From the NCBI RefSeq assembly GCF_006345805.1, contig NW_021833473.1, forward strand, positions 136,001 through 200,000: a stretch of 64,000 bases of DNA. The letters are read 5' to 3'. The notes under the pieces are model-generated. The model was not told the origin of the DNA, made no database searches, and was given only the letters and a program-made list of their open reading frames with translations. This document shows, one piece after another, positions 51,510-64,000 of the stretch; position 1 is the first letter of the stretch, and every line of letters starts with the position of its first letter. Both the position numbers and the translations under genes were made by a program. Source of the DNA: Octopus sinensis. Lineage: Eukaryota.

Positions 51510-52850
51510 TTTTATGTTAGATGCACAACAACAGGAGACTCCTAGGTTGTGCACCTAACATAGAAAAATCATTTTAGCAAGTACCCACAATACAAGTGAG
51601 GAGGCAGGCTGCACTTCCAGGGTATATAACTGTCCAGTAGGAGGCCGATTCGAGGCTGAAGGGGTCATTAATGAGGCTATGGTGATACCTAGACCTGATA
51701 TCCGCAAAAACAGTAATGTACAATCAAACAACAATATTATTAGCTGATTAACCAGTTCTCATGCCAATACTGTTGCCACGCGCAGAGATAACAGCCAGTC
51801 CAGGACTAGTATCACAGAGAGCATCACTGAGGACTCCGGTACCACTGCCACGAACAATGAACAAACCATAGATACAGATAGAGTGACCAGGCCCTCAATA
51901 TATGTAACCACCAGTACAAACAATGCACCTAGAAATAATGACCTATCCAGCACCAGTGACTTTGAGGAGGTATCTACCGTTCCCAGTTTCGTTACCTCAG
52001 GAGATGACCAAGTATTTATCTTCAACACCGATAGGATGACCAGCCCCGCACCGTATGTTACCAAAGGTACGAATAGGGCCACATATTATGTGTGGAAATA
52101 TATTGGCTCTGCGAGTACTTCATTCAAGCGGCGTTTTCTTAACCACCAGCTACCGTTGTGAGTCCCAGAGAGATGCTTTGTCACGTCCCTGACCCACCAT
52201 GTATGACATCCCTTAGATTAAGAGACCCCGTGTAATATCAGGTGGAAACTAATTGATCATCTGGGTCTTTATAATAATGGAAGTGGTCGTTGCAAGATCT
52301 GCATCGCGGAGAGAGCCAAAATTCTTAAGGGCTGTAAGAAACCTGGAACATTAAACAGCCTCACCAGATCGGGCACGGTAACGCAGCGGAGCTGCGGGCG
52401 AAGGCGGGCAACAAAAGGCGGACGTCCAGAGGCGGGCGTGCAGAGGCGGACGTCCACATGCGGGCGAAGGCGAGCTTCAAAAGGCGGGCATCTGCTCTGC
52501 TCTGCTCTGCTCTGCTCTACCCTGCTCTGTCCTGGATACATTTAGAAGTATTTTCTAAATGTATCCACTTCAAGTGTTACTTACTGGAAAATTGGATCCC
52601 TCTGTTTGCTAGTCAGGCCTCTTAGGGTCTATAAGGGTTTTCCACCTCTAATTCAGAGGTAAAAACCCGTCCTCATTAATGTCTTTCTTTTCTTTTTGCT
52701 TAGACGTATCCCTCGATTTCTGAGCGCTTCCTCACGTCTGCAATATTTAAAATTTTGTATTTATATAGAGTTTGAAGAGCAGTCCATAAGGCTTTTGCTT
52801 TGTGGTCGCGAAGCCTTGGGTAACTCTATGTCTAAGATATAAAATGTTCG
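51510..52850 (+). mobile_element. PLE remnant, paralogue of 25180-26520
   Basis: About 90% identical by eye; in-frame stop near 51744. Confidence 0.85.
52765..52829 (+). ncRNA. Inactivated paralogue of the hammerhead at 26437
   Basis: Stem I intact; core TTGAAGA (C3U without G8A) and GAAGC (A15.1G). Confidence 0.7.
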
Positions 52851-53163
52851 GTAAAATATATACATAAATATATACATATATATACGCATGCGTGTGCATA
52901 TATCCTATATGTTAGGTGCGTTGAGTGCTCCTGTTACTATTTTAGTTCTGAGCAATCTCTCAGCCATTCAATGAATACAAGTTTATAAAATAAATCCCAG
53001 CCTAAATCATATATTTAACTCCAAAAACTGATATGTTTGACCAAAGTCTCCCAATGGTGGTTTCCTAGCATAGTCACACTTCAATGATTAAAACCAGTAA
53101 AACATCAGGATATTTGGGTGTAGATCAGTAAAAATTAAAGTGAAGAGAACAAAATATACTTAC

Positions 53164-53261
53164 AACAATAATTTCACGCCTTGGCTGCTGCTCCACAGGA
53201 GGCCGTGGTGGAGGCTGTTCAGATTCCACAACAAATACACATACTTCTCTTTGTACAGAAA
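53164..53261 (-). CDS. CD225/dispanin paralogue B, proline-rich N-terminal exon
   Basis: tttttacAG acceptor, GTAAGT donor, 98 nt phase 1-0; xSVQREVCVFVVESEQPPPRPPVEQQPRREIIV. Confidence 0.85.
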
Positions 53262-53839
53262 CTGTAAAAAAAGAAATACTCCATAAAGAATATTTCAAAA
53301 TGTACGTTCCTTATATCTATAAGTAGTGCACTTTCTGAAATGTTCAAATTCAATCATTCATCAACTGTTATATACTATTTGGTAACTCTATTTTTTCGCG
53401 TGAAAATTTGATTCTTCTGCAAAAAAATATCACCACTAGTTAAAATTAAATAAATAAAATAAATAAAATAAAAGACCTAATGTGGATTAACCATGTGTAT
53501 GCGTGTGTGTGTGTATACGTGTGCGTCTGTGTGACTGCGTGTGTGTGTGCGTGCATGCGTGCTCGCATGGAATTTATATATATTAAACGCATAATTATTA
53601 GTTTGAGTCAAGAATTTTTGTTTTCAAACTCTTATTATTAGCAATGTAGGTGCATCGGCACATTTAGTCACATTTAATGACGAATAAATACTTCCTTTAT
53701 GGTATTATGTTGTGCCTAGCAGTTTATATTAACTTTTATTACATGCCTTAGCATTTCACTAAATCATCCCTAAATTTCTATAGTAAATGTATACATATGC
53801 TGACAGACGGATTTAGACGACCATCGGCTGTCTGAGCAG

Positions 53840-53891
53840 TTACTACTGATGATGCCTACAAAATAAGCGAAACTAGATTCTAGTCAGGTGA
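53840..53891 (+). ncRNA. Type I hammerhead with intact core and weak stems
   Basis: ttacta-CTGATGA-t-gc ctacaaaataa gc-GAAAC tag att cta GTC-aggtga; predicted cleavage after 53885. Confidence 0.65.
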
Positions 53892-53984
53892 TTCTAGAAA
53901 CGGTCATAGGGCGGTTACCTCCCTGTTAGTATATGTATATTTTGCGCTCTTCTTACAGCACTAAGATATTACTTTGCATATATA

Positions 53985-54488
53985 TATATATAAAACTGTA
54001 GTTGTGTGAGTGTCTGTCCCCTTCGATTTAGATTCCTAACTCCTCCCACATTTTGCGGTGCAGTTTAACCAAATTCGGGTATCTTATAGTCGTGATTCAT
54101 ATCGAGCCCGTCTGGCTATTAGCGCGCGTCAACGATGAGTCTACGATTTAAAAAATAATTTAACATCATTTTTTATTCCATTTTAATGCATAAAATGCAT
54201 CGTATGTCGATGGCGGCGGAGTTGGCGTCCACGCTCAAAGCTGCACCTGTTTGCTTCTCCCCCTTCCCTCCCTCGTGAAGCTGTGGGGAAGGGAGTGTAA
54301 AGAAATCAACGTCGTAATGCGTTGTGAAGGAAACCAGCGTTCTTTTAGAACAACGACTTCATGGCTTGAAGACACCAAAACAAAAATGGCTAAGAAAGCC
54401 CGAATTTATAAGGGAAGTAACTCTCTAAAAATGCTTATATAGTTATTTCCCTTACAAACCCGAGCAACGCCGGGTGATACTGCTAGTA
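53985..54488 (+). mobile_element. Non-autonomous Helitron in (TA)n
   Basis: 5' tatatataaaactg; 3' hairpin cccgagcaacgccggg followed by gCTAGt. Confidence 0.8.
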
Positions 54489-55479
54489 TATAATATAATA
54501 TAATATAATATAATATAATATAATATAATATAATATATATATATATATAATATGACTAGATAACTTTCTTCCTTTATTTGTTTCAGTCATTTACTCTGCC
54601 GGAGCACCGCCTGAAATGGCTTTGCTCGAACAAATCGATCCCAGGATTTCCTTTCCTTTTAAGCCTAGTACTCAGTCTATCGGTCTGTTTAACTGAATTG
54701 CTAAGTTACGGGTATGTAAACACACCAACACCGGTAGGCAAGTGACGGTAGAGGGACAGGTATTGTCCAGATGAAACAAGAACTCTGTAGTTAGTTGTCC
54801 TGGCCGTTTGGTCTTGATAGATTTTCGTTATTACCTCAGCAAGTTGGCATTGTACTCCCAATTTAAGATGTGATCACAACAGCTATTAGAACCTTTTGAC
54901 CAAATCATTGCCATCAACCACCCATACTAATTTTAGAGAGAAAGCAATTCTAAGCCACCTTTTTCAAAAACAGAACCACCTTTTGATCACGTGACTGCCA
55001 TCAACCAACCACATTGCGTCTTTAGAAAGAAGGCAATTCTGAACCACCATCTCTGTATAAAATAGTTGTAACTGTTAAATCCCATTCAGATACGATATCC
55101 TACAACCATATCGGAGAACTATAAATGGTCTATTAGTTATTTACTCACATTTTTTTTCAATTTAAGGTACTGTGAACAATTGTGGTTTCTGATCACAGTG
55201 AGACTAAATCTTTAGCACCCGCTCACTGACAAACCGGACACTTTTAACTTCCTGTCAAAAACTCTATTACTTGATTTGGATGTATTTATGTAAACTGATT
55301 TTTATCTTCTTTTATTACCTGATCTGAAAAGTGTAATGTAAACTGCTTCGTGACTCACACAGAGGAAACACGAAGCCCAAGACTTGACTTTTCAAAACCT
55401 TTTTAAGTAAGTGACATTAATAAATATTTTTTAAATAATCCAGCATTTTGAGATTCTTTTCTTTATATATATATATATA

Positions 55480-56120
55480 TAATTAGATTAAAAACACCTT
55501 TTATCAATTCAAAATGAACTGTGTGGTAAGTAGCTTGCTTACCAACCACACGGTTCCGGGTTCAGTCCCACTGCGTGGCACCTTGGGTAAGTGTCTTCTA
55601 CTATAGCCTCGGGCCGACCAAAGCCTTGTGAGTGGATTTGGTAGGCGGAAACTGAAAGAATCCCGTCGTATATATGTATATATATGTACGTATGTGTGTG
55701 TATATGTTTGTGTGTTTGTGTTTCTCCCCCCAACATCGCTTGACAACCGATGCTGGTGTGTTTACGTCCCCGTCACTTAGCAGTTCGGCAAAAGAGACCG
55801 ATAGAATAAGTACTAGGCTTACAAAGAATAAGTCGTGGGGTCGATTTGCTCGACTAAAAGCGGTGCTCCAGCATGACCGCAGTCAAATGACTGAAACAAA
55901 TAAAAAGAGTAAAAAGAGAGAAAAAAAGTAAAAGAAATTAAATTACACCATCTAGAAAATTACATATAATAGAAATATCAAAATTAAAATAACAATATAT
56001 ATATATATATACCAATAAAATTAAAATAACAATAATATTTCTATTATATATAATTTTCTAGATGGTGTAATTTAATTGTTCATTTTGAATTGATAAAAGG
56101 TGTTATTTTTTCTAATTTTA
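55480..56120. mobile_element. Hairpin MITE in (TA)n with a SINE A (55520-55925, +) inserted in its left arm
   Basis: aaacaccttttatcaattcaaaatgaac | SINE | aattaaattacaccatctagaaaatt is mirrored by aattttctagatggtgtaatttaattgttcattttgaattgataaaaggtgtt (about 56050-56105). Confidence 0.75.
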
Positions 56121-56563
56121 TATATATATATATATATATATCGATACAATAATTGTTTCTTGTCAGGAACAAAAAAAGGTTTAATAGGACTGCAATAGAA
56201 GTGCTCTATTGGAAGAGACAAAAATATCAAACTAAAATCATTGAACAAGCAAATACAAAGTCAACCGCATGTCATTTCATAATTCGAACATTTAATTATA
56301 GAATAAACATATAACCCACAAGATGGAACAAAATTCATATATACAGCACGTAATAATAATAATATGGTATGGTGCGAGAAAAATTCTTATCATTAAAACT
56401 TAGAATTAATATTCTAGCGATTCAAAGAGAATACATTTATAAAAGGACTTAGAAAGTAGAATATAATATAAGTAATATATAAAAATATAGGTATATAAAA
56501 ATATAGGCATATAAAAATATATAAAACATATATAAATATATATACATATAGGAGCATATAAAA

Positions 56564-56620
<57 letters not shown>

Positions 56621-57269
56621 TATATATATATATATACATATATATATATACACACACACATACACACTAGCAATGCATCCCGGTGTTGTCCGAGTGTTAT
56701 GACCTACACCCACGTTGTATTATTTGCACTTTCTTATGGTCAATATCGGCTCAGCTGATAAATGTAGTTAAGAGCAAACTGGAAGTTGTTGTTTGTTTAA
56801 ACGCAGAGAGGGAGAGTACAGTTTGCATGGGTTTGCATGAAAGTGCTTTCTGGTCTTAAGCAGGATCAGAAAATATCTAGTGTTTCATCGTATAAATGGG
56901 GTTAATACGATTTTGTCCAGAATTTTGTCCGCAATTTCTTAATTTGTAACTTCTTTTCGAACTTTTTGTTTTTTTTATCTACGTAGAAAAATACAGACTA
57001 CGGATCTGGGAAATATATAAATTTTTTTTATTGTTTAATTTTTCTTGAGGAAGCATTCAGTGCCCTTCCCCCACCTCGTTCACCCATCACCTAACCACTT
57101 TCAAAAAGATAAAATCTGCCAATCTTGATTTTTGTCTGGTGTTTCCCGCATGCGTAGAATTCTATTGAAAAAGCAGACTTGACAAATACCAGAGCACCAC
57201 TAGAAAACCCGACATGCTAGAAACAACAGGTTAACGTCATTATTTCGGAAGAAACATATATAAGGGGAG

Positions 57270-57376
57270 GTAAGAATACGCACATCGCCCGTTTTCGGCG
57301 TAATCCTAACCCCAACCATAAACCTAAACCTAAACGCTAACCCTAATCCTTAACACCGGGTCTGCGTATTCTTTAC
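57270..57376. repeat. Mini inverted-repeat element with a telomere-like core
   Basis: gtaagaatacgca ... tgcgtattctttac flank degenerate (CCTAAC/CCTAAA)n. Confidence 0.6.
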
Positions 57377-58225
57377 TTTCACCCATAAGTACATATGCCT
57401 GCATCATTTTTGTACATGTGAGAGAGAGAGAGACAGAGACAGAGAGAGAAACAGAGAGAGAGAGAGAGACAGGGAGACAGACAGTGACTGTATTTCCTCA
57501 TAGCATATAGAGAAATGGATGTCTGGTAATGCAATGTTTTTGGTTGTAGCTTATTTTAATACAATATTTATGTGTACATTTTCATAAATGTTTGTCTGTG
57601 CATGGGCGAAACGGCGAACGGAAATGAAACATTAGAAGGAGATAGAAGTATTGTTCGAAAATGATCTCAAATTGTGTAGCCCATCGTAGTTTCCGAGGTC
57701 ATTTTAGTTGTAAACAAGAGCTGTTGTGTCAAAAATATAGTTTATTTAGTAGATAGATATTATATTACAGATACGACTAATATTTCATTATTCAACATCG
57801 TCACTCTCGTAATCCAACACTTCGGTATTTCAGTTGAAATTGAAACTGTGAAACTATTTTCATTTCCTAATTAAAATCTGGTCGTTGTTGAGAAGTGTAT
57901 TTCAAAAAACAATAGCTGGTTGTTGAGACAACGTAGAAAATACGTAAATGAAAATAAAGTTTATTTGACATATGTAATTGATTTGATTGTTCTGGTCTTA
58001 GCATCAGTTGGTAAGAATACAGGTCATTTGACGACACCTTTTTGTTTGTAATTGGCTCTCCTGTTGCAAGTTCAATCTGTAGAATATCGAAATGATACCC
58101 ATCTTGTCCATTCCACAGAATAAGAGGATACTGGAGAGCATCATAAGAAGGTTCAGTCTCTGAAACACGTTTAAGTTTACATTATTTACATTTGACGGAC
58201 ACTTGTCCTCACCTAGTTTGTTGTT

Positions 58226-58273
58226 AACATGACGTTTCGGTTGATATACACCCTCCAGCCTTCATCAGGTGTC
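58226..58273 (-). ncRNA. Minimal type I hammerhead, canonical core, in a short repeat (about 58170-58290)
   Basis: Minus: gacac-CTGATGA-a-ggctg...caacc-GAAA-CGT-C-atgtt; second copy 62854-62897. Confidence 0.7.
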
Positions 58274-58421
58274 TTGGTGAAATTTCGAGATAATAAGATA
58301 TTAATAAGGTAATAAGCTATTAAGACAATATGACTCTCCCGAGATACAAATTAATTTGCTTCAGCAAGCCAATACACAAAAAGAAACTTACAAGCTGATA
58401 GGAAAATGAAATGTGTGTGTG

Positions 58422-58480
<59 letters not shown>

Positions 58481-58482
<2 letters not shown>

Positions 58483-60358
58483 TAGCATTAAAAACCCGTC
58501 GTTGCCGGGTAATAGTGCTAGTGCATGTATATATGTATATATATATGTGTATATATTACATGTACATATCATGTACATCTATATATATCCATCTACACAT
58601 AAAATACAAAATACAAAGTTATATCTTGATATCGCTAGTGATAACAATACTCAAAATATATAACAGACTGGAATTGTTAGCCCGTCTCTTGTAATTTCGA
58701 TCAATTGTATCTTGTCCTCCCTCTTGTATAGAAGTGTGGCTACAATCCAGCCTTCCTCTACTTCGGGGGTGGGGGGTGGGGGTGGATATTTAAAATTTTT
58801 TTCCGGGACATCCTACGTCCCAGATATAAAGGTAAAAATAAAACATTTCCACTTTGCAAGTTCGAGTCGAGTACTCCCTTGCACGCTCCGTTGACTCGAA
58901 CCTTGCTTCTATTGTGGCGAATTTACCGCCTCTGATTAGATATCTTTCATAGTCCCACCAAGACACTTTTCGAAGGTGCTTTCCTCCATGTGTTCAAATC
59001 TTTTTTCTCTACATTGTATACTTTATAGACAATAGTCTTTTCTTTAATTTAATTTTTTATTATCCATCTGGACTATTCCATTTCTGCACGCTAATTTTAT
59101 TTTTAATTTATTCCCATTCATGTGAAACCACTTATTCAAGTTCAAGTCATTGATGCCATTTTATACCAATTGGTATTTTTACTTTTGTTATGTTACGATT
59201 ATATTATACTTTAGTTTGATTTTAATTATTACTTACTACATATAATTCAATTGTTATTATTATTTTTATTGTTAAAGTGAAAGTATCTGACATAAAATAG
59301 AGAAATGTTTTTGTTTCACTTTTAACACGTAATACTGAAATAGTGGAGAAGATATGATATTGCTATGGGCTCGCTCTAGGTAAGAAGTCGAACATTTTTT
59401 TTTGCCCATGAAACTACATGGACCCTACATAAAGCATGTGTAAAATTTGAATGAAATTGGTTGTGTAGTTCTTAAGTTTTAGGGAATCGTTGTGGAGAAG
59501 ATATGATATTGCTGTGGGCTCGCCCTAGGCAAAAAGTAAAAATTTTTTGCCGATGACACTCCCCGGACCCTAAGTAAGGCATGTATAAAATTTGAATGAA
59601 ATTGGTTGTGTAGTTCTCAAGTTTAGGGAAACACACAAACAGACACACATTCTGTTTTATATATATAAAGATATATATATATATACTACCATTAAAGACC
59701 CGTCATTGCCGGGTCATAGTGCTAGTACATGTATATATGTGTATATATATGTGTATATATTACATGTAAATCTATATATATACATCTACACATAAAATGC
59801 AAAATACAAAGTTATATCTTGATATCGCTAGTGATAACAATACTCAAAATATATAACAGACTGGAATTGTGAGCTCTTCTTTTTTCTCTACATTGTATAG
59901 ACAATAGTCTTTTCATTAATTTAATTTTTTATTATCCATCTGGACTATTCCATTCCTGCACGCTAATTTTATTTTTAATTTACTCCCATTCATGTGAAAC
60001 CACTTATTCAAGTTCAAATCATTGATGCAATTTTATACCAATTGTTATTTTTACTTTTGTATGTTACGATTATATTATACTTTAGTATGATTTTAATTAT
60101 TACTCACTACATATAATTCAATTGTTATTATTATTTTTATTGTTAAAGTGAAAGCATCTGACATGAAATAGAGAAATATTTTTGTTTCACTTTTAACACG
60201 TAGTACTGAAATAGTGGAGAAGATATGATATTGCTGTGGGCTTGCCCTAGGCAAAAAGTAAAAATTTTTTTGCCGATGACACTCCCCGGACCCTAAGTAA
60301 GAAATGTATAAAATTTGAATGAAATTGGTTGTGTAGTTCTCAAGTTTTAGGGAAACAC

Positions 60359-60389
<31 letters not shown>

Positions 60390-60399
60390 CACATTCTCA

Positions 60400-60410
<11 letters not shown>
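58481..60410 (-). mobile_element. Two head-to-tail non-autonomous Helitron copies (59665 to 58481 and 60410 to 59685)
   Basis: Each has 5' tatatataaaac(t/a)gaatgt plus (GTCT)n and a 3' acccggcaa(c/t)gacggg hairpin followed by CTAGT or a decayed equivalent; both ends lie in (TA)n. Confidence 0.8.
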
Positions 60411-60436
<26 letters not shown>

Positions 60437-60613
60437 TTAGAGATAAAACCACTATTAGGCAAATCAAACAGTGAAAAACATAAACCAATACATAGAAATA
60501 AAATTAATTAATATAATATACAAAATATATAAAATACAAAATTCAAAATTTAAATTATTTAAATTTAAAGTTAAAATTTAGAAATTATTTAAATTATTAA
60601 TTTATACTTATAA

Positions 60614-60690
<77 letters not shown>

Positions 60691-61107
60691 TATTTAAATT
60701 ATTAATTTATACTTATAAATTTTTATATATATATATATTGTTATTTTTATTTTTATTATTATTATTATTATTTTAAATTTAATTTTAATTTTTTTTAATA
60801 AATATAACTATCAAAAAGTATTAAAAAAGTTTAATATAGGATAAAGAGTAAAACCATATATATATATGTATATATATATATGTATTTATGTATGCATACA
60901 GTCGTTATTATTGGCCGCTAACTCCCCAAAGTTTTTATTCTCTCACTGTTTATTTCATCGTGTTGTCTTCTGTTGAAGAGCGGAGGCTCGAAACGTAAAA
61001 TGCTTTCTCGCCTTACCGAGCGTCATACCTGCTTGATGTTTATATACTTGTCTTCGTCTTTTGTTTTTCGATAAATTTCACCAATACATATATACGTATA
61101 TATAACA

Positions 61108-61505
61108 GGAGTGGCTGTGTGGTAAGTAGCCTGTCTACCAACCACATGGTTCCGGGTTCAGTCCCACTGCGTGGCACCTTGGGCAAGTGTCTTCTACTAT
61201 AGCCTCGGGCCGACCAAAGCCTTGTGAGTGGATTTGGTAGACGGAAACTGAAAGAAGCCCGTCGTATATATGTATATATATATATATGTATGCGTGTGTG
61301 TGTTTGTGTGTCTGTGTTTTTCCCCATAGCATTGCTTGACAACCGATGCTGGTGTGTTTGTGTCCCCGTCACATAGCGGTTCGGCAAAAGAGACCGATAG
61401 AATAAGTACTGGGCTCACAATAGAATAAGTTCCGGGGTAGAGTTGCTCGATTAAAGGCGGTGCTCCAGCATGGCCGCAGTCAAATGACTGAAACAAGTAA
61501 AAGAG
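61108..61505 (+). mobile_element. SINE family A, full length
   Basis: Same head and tail as 7398-7865. Confidence 0.9.
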
Positions 61506-62127
61506 TATACATGCACACACACACACATATAATATACATATACTCTTTAATTCTTTAATTCCCTTTCATGTACTGCCGGAAGGAACATTTGGAACTCTAG
61601 CAACATGTCATCTAGTTAATCGTTCATATGTGTATAGAACCGCCAGAAACATGACAGGGAATGTATAATGAAGAATTACGAGAAGTCAATGATATGTACT
61701 TACTAATTTCCATCTTTAATCAGTAGCTGCAGTTGAGATGAAGAAAATGAAATGGTATGATCCAGGAAAGTTAGTAAAACTGCTTGCGTTAACCACAAGA
61801 TATCTAATGGTGCGAACAGGTATTCCGAAGTAAATTTATACCAGCGACGTCTCACATGTCTCCACAGGCGTCAGCGTGAGTTTCTTTATCATGACGAATT
61901 AACTTCCTTGTTGATCAAACCACTTCATGCATGACTAAATCATAAATGACTGCTGCATGTTTAACACCGAAAATTTGTTTATCTTTATGGTCTGGACTTT
62001 CATTTTGGACTTGTCAGGCAAGAAAGAAATGAACGCATTATATTTTACATGACTTAAATTGGCTAGAGATTATATGAGCACATTCCAAAACGTTTTATAT
62101 AAGTTACCTTAAAAGATATATATATAT

Positions 62128-62160
<33 letters not shown>

Positions 62161-62187
62161 ATGTATGTATGTATATATATATATATG

Positions 62188-62218
<31 letters not shown>

Positions 62219-62853
62219 GTTTATATGTATGTATGTATATATATATATATAATATATGTATATAGAGAGAGAGAGAGCGAGAGAGAGAAAGATAGATATA
62301 TAAATAGAGAGATAGATGAATAGATAGATAAATAAATAGAAAGCTAGATAGATGGAGAGTTGGTAAGGATATAAAATAAGGCCTACGTACGTTTCAATTC
62401 AGTGCAGTATATAATTACAAATTCAAAGATTGGAATACATCCGAAGATTAGAATGAAATAGCATTTTGAATAATATTGAGTAGAATCCCACCAGGGATAG
62501 AGTGCAACAGAAATAGTTACATGCGACGGATTGGAATTTATCAATACGCTAAGAAAATTAAAGAAATGTATATCTTTATTGTGTGTATAGTATTTAAAAA
62601 ATGATATTAAAACTAAAAATATAGTATAGGAGTAAAAAGTAAAAATAGAGAACAAATAATTAATATACATTATGCAGTAAAATAAAAAAAATAAAAACCC
62701 ATTATCTGTGTAAGTTTGTATTGGTTTACATAATCAATGTATATTACTACCTCTTTGATTCTCTTTTACTAATACAGTTCTATATTTAAGAGATGAGGAA
62801 TTATGTACATTATTTACATTTGACGGATATTTGTCCTCATCTTGTTTGTTGGT

Positions 62854-62897
62854 AACAACGTTTCGGCTGATATACCCTCCAGCCGTCATCAGGTATC
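62854..62897 (-). ncRNA. Minimal type I hammerhead, canonical core, stem I degenerate
   Basis: Minus: gatac-CTGATGA-c-ggctg gagggtatat cagcc-GAAA-CGT-T-gtta. Confidence 0.6.
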
Positions 62898-62950
62898 TTA
62901 GTGAAATTTCGAACCTGGGTTCTCATTCCTAAGGTATTTTTCGATGTTGT

Positions 62951-63084
<134 letters not shown>

Positions 63085-63263
63085 TGCCTTCGCACAGCTT
63101 CTAACGCTGGAGATGTACTACGGTGTCAGCTACACACACACTTACATAAACAAATTTTAAACATTTTTATACTGATGAACACACAGACATACGTACATAT
63201 ATACATACATCATACAAACATATTTACATAAATACATACATACATACAACAGATATATATATA

Positions 63264-63301
<38 letters not shown>

Positions 63302-63336
63302 GCGTTAATAGTAGTATATATACAGATATATAAACA

Positions 63337-63720
63337 GGTCACTTTCGAGTGCTACTGGTAACATGTAACCCAGTACAACCTGTTGCATGGTCGGGTCGTC
63401 GGCGACTAAACCGGCAACCCCACCAAGCTTGCTTGGTGAGGAGGGTGTTTATTGGACACCCTGCGGGATGAAAAACAAAACCTGTCAAAGGGCGGAGGAA
63501 TTCTTGAGAGTCAACGGCCATCCAATAAATATCTTAAGGCTGGATCATGCGCGGGCACATAGAAATAATCGGACTGAATACCCGATCGCGCGGTTAAACC
63601 ATTGGGAGTGAAGGACTCCTAGCCTTTGTTTGGGCATCCTTCTACGAGAAGGTAACTATGGTAACTGGGATAACTCCGACATAAAACCTGCGGCTCAGTG
63701 GTTACCGATGATGTTGACTT
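63337..63720 (+). mobile_element. Probable RTE-clade LINE 5' UTR
   Basis: gggcatccttctacgagaagg...aactccgacataaaacctgcggctc resembles RTE 5' UTR motifs as I recall them; no ORF follows. Confidence 0.4.
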
Positions 63721-64000
63721 GTTCTTCTTTTCGGATTATGGCTGCTGTTGCTTAGTGAATGAGATTCACTCAATGCACAGCCTTTCCTCACTTTAAAAAA
63801 ATCTTCTTGCACAGGCATTGCACAATAACAACATTGATTAAGCTTCGTGCAATGGTCATACTCGATAACGAGGGGGCAGCCACCACTACCATATAAACAA
63901 CACATACTTTTAACGGCTATCCTCTTCAAATAAAGCTACACACACACTTACATAAACAAATCAATCTGATTCGATTAAGTTCTATAAAAATAAATACATA

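Larger units (their letters stand above)
42389..53978. repeat. Tandem duplication unit, copy 2
   Basis: See 16090-27815. Confidence 0.9.

Overview
Eukaryotic, AT-rich, microsatellite-dense genomic DNA. The SINE families look like ones I recall from coleoid cephalopod (Octopus-type) genomes; this is inference, not a lookup. Most of the window is decayed transposable elements: Penelope-like elements (PLEs), R4/Dong, Tx1/L1, CR1 and RTE LINEs, Helitrons, Tc1/mariner, MITEs, one LTR remnant and four or five SINE families. The host content, mostly missed by the ORF track because the exons are short, is a cluster of CD225/dispanin (IFITM/PRRT-like) genes. Two minus-strand paralogues (exons 27096-26924, 23203-23093, 16260-16114 and 53261-53164, 49815-49711, 42571-42428) sit in a tandem duplication offset by about 26 kb. 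The terminal exon of a third, convergent paralogue (5168-5392, +) has a non-canonical AT acceptor. The strongest signal is that the two main CD225 exons of the duplicates are only about 60% identical in nucleotides while adjacent introns and shared TE remnants are about 90-95% identical, suggesting intense diversifying selection. The second theme is about 14 hammerhead ribozyme motifs in at least five repeat families, including one intact canonical type I copy, U3:A8 core variants and a family with a recurrent A6U core. First coding exons of the genes were not located. TE boundaries are approximate (by eye).
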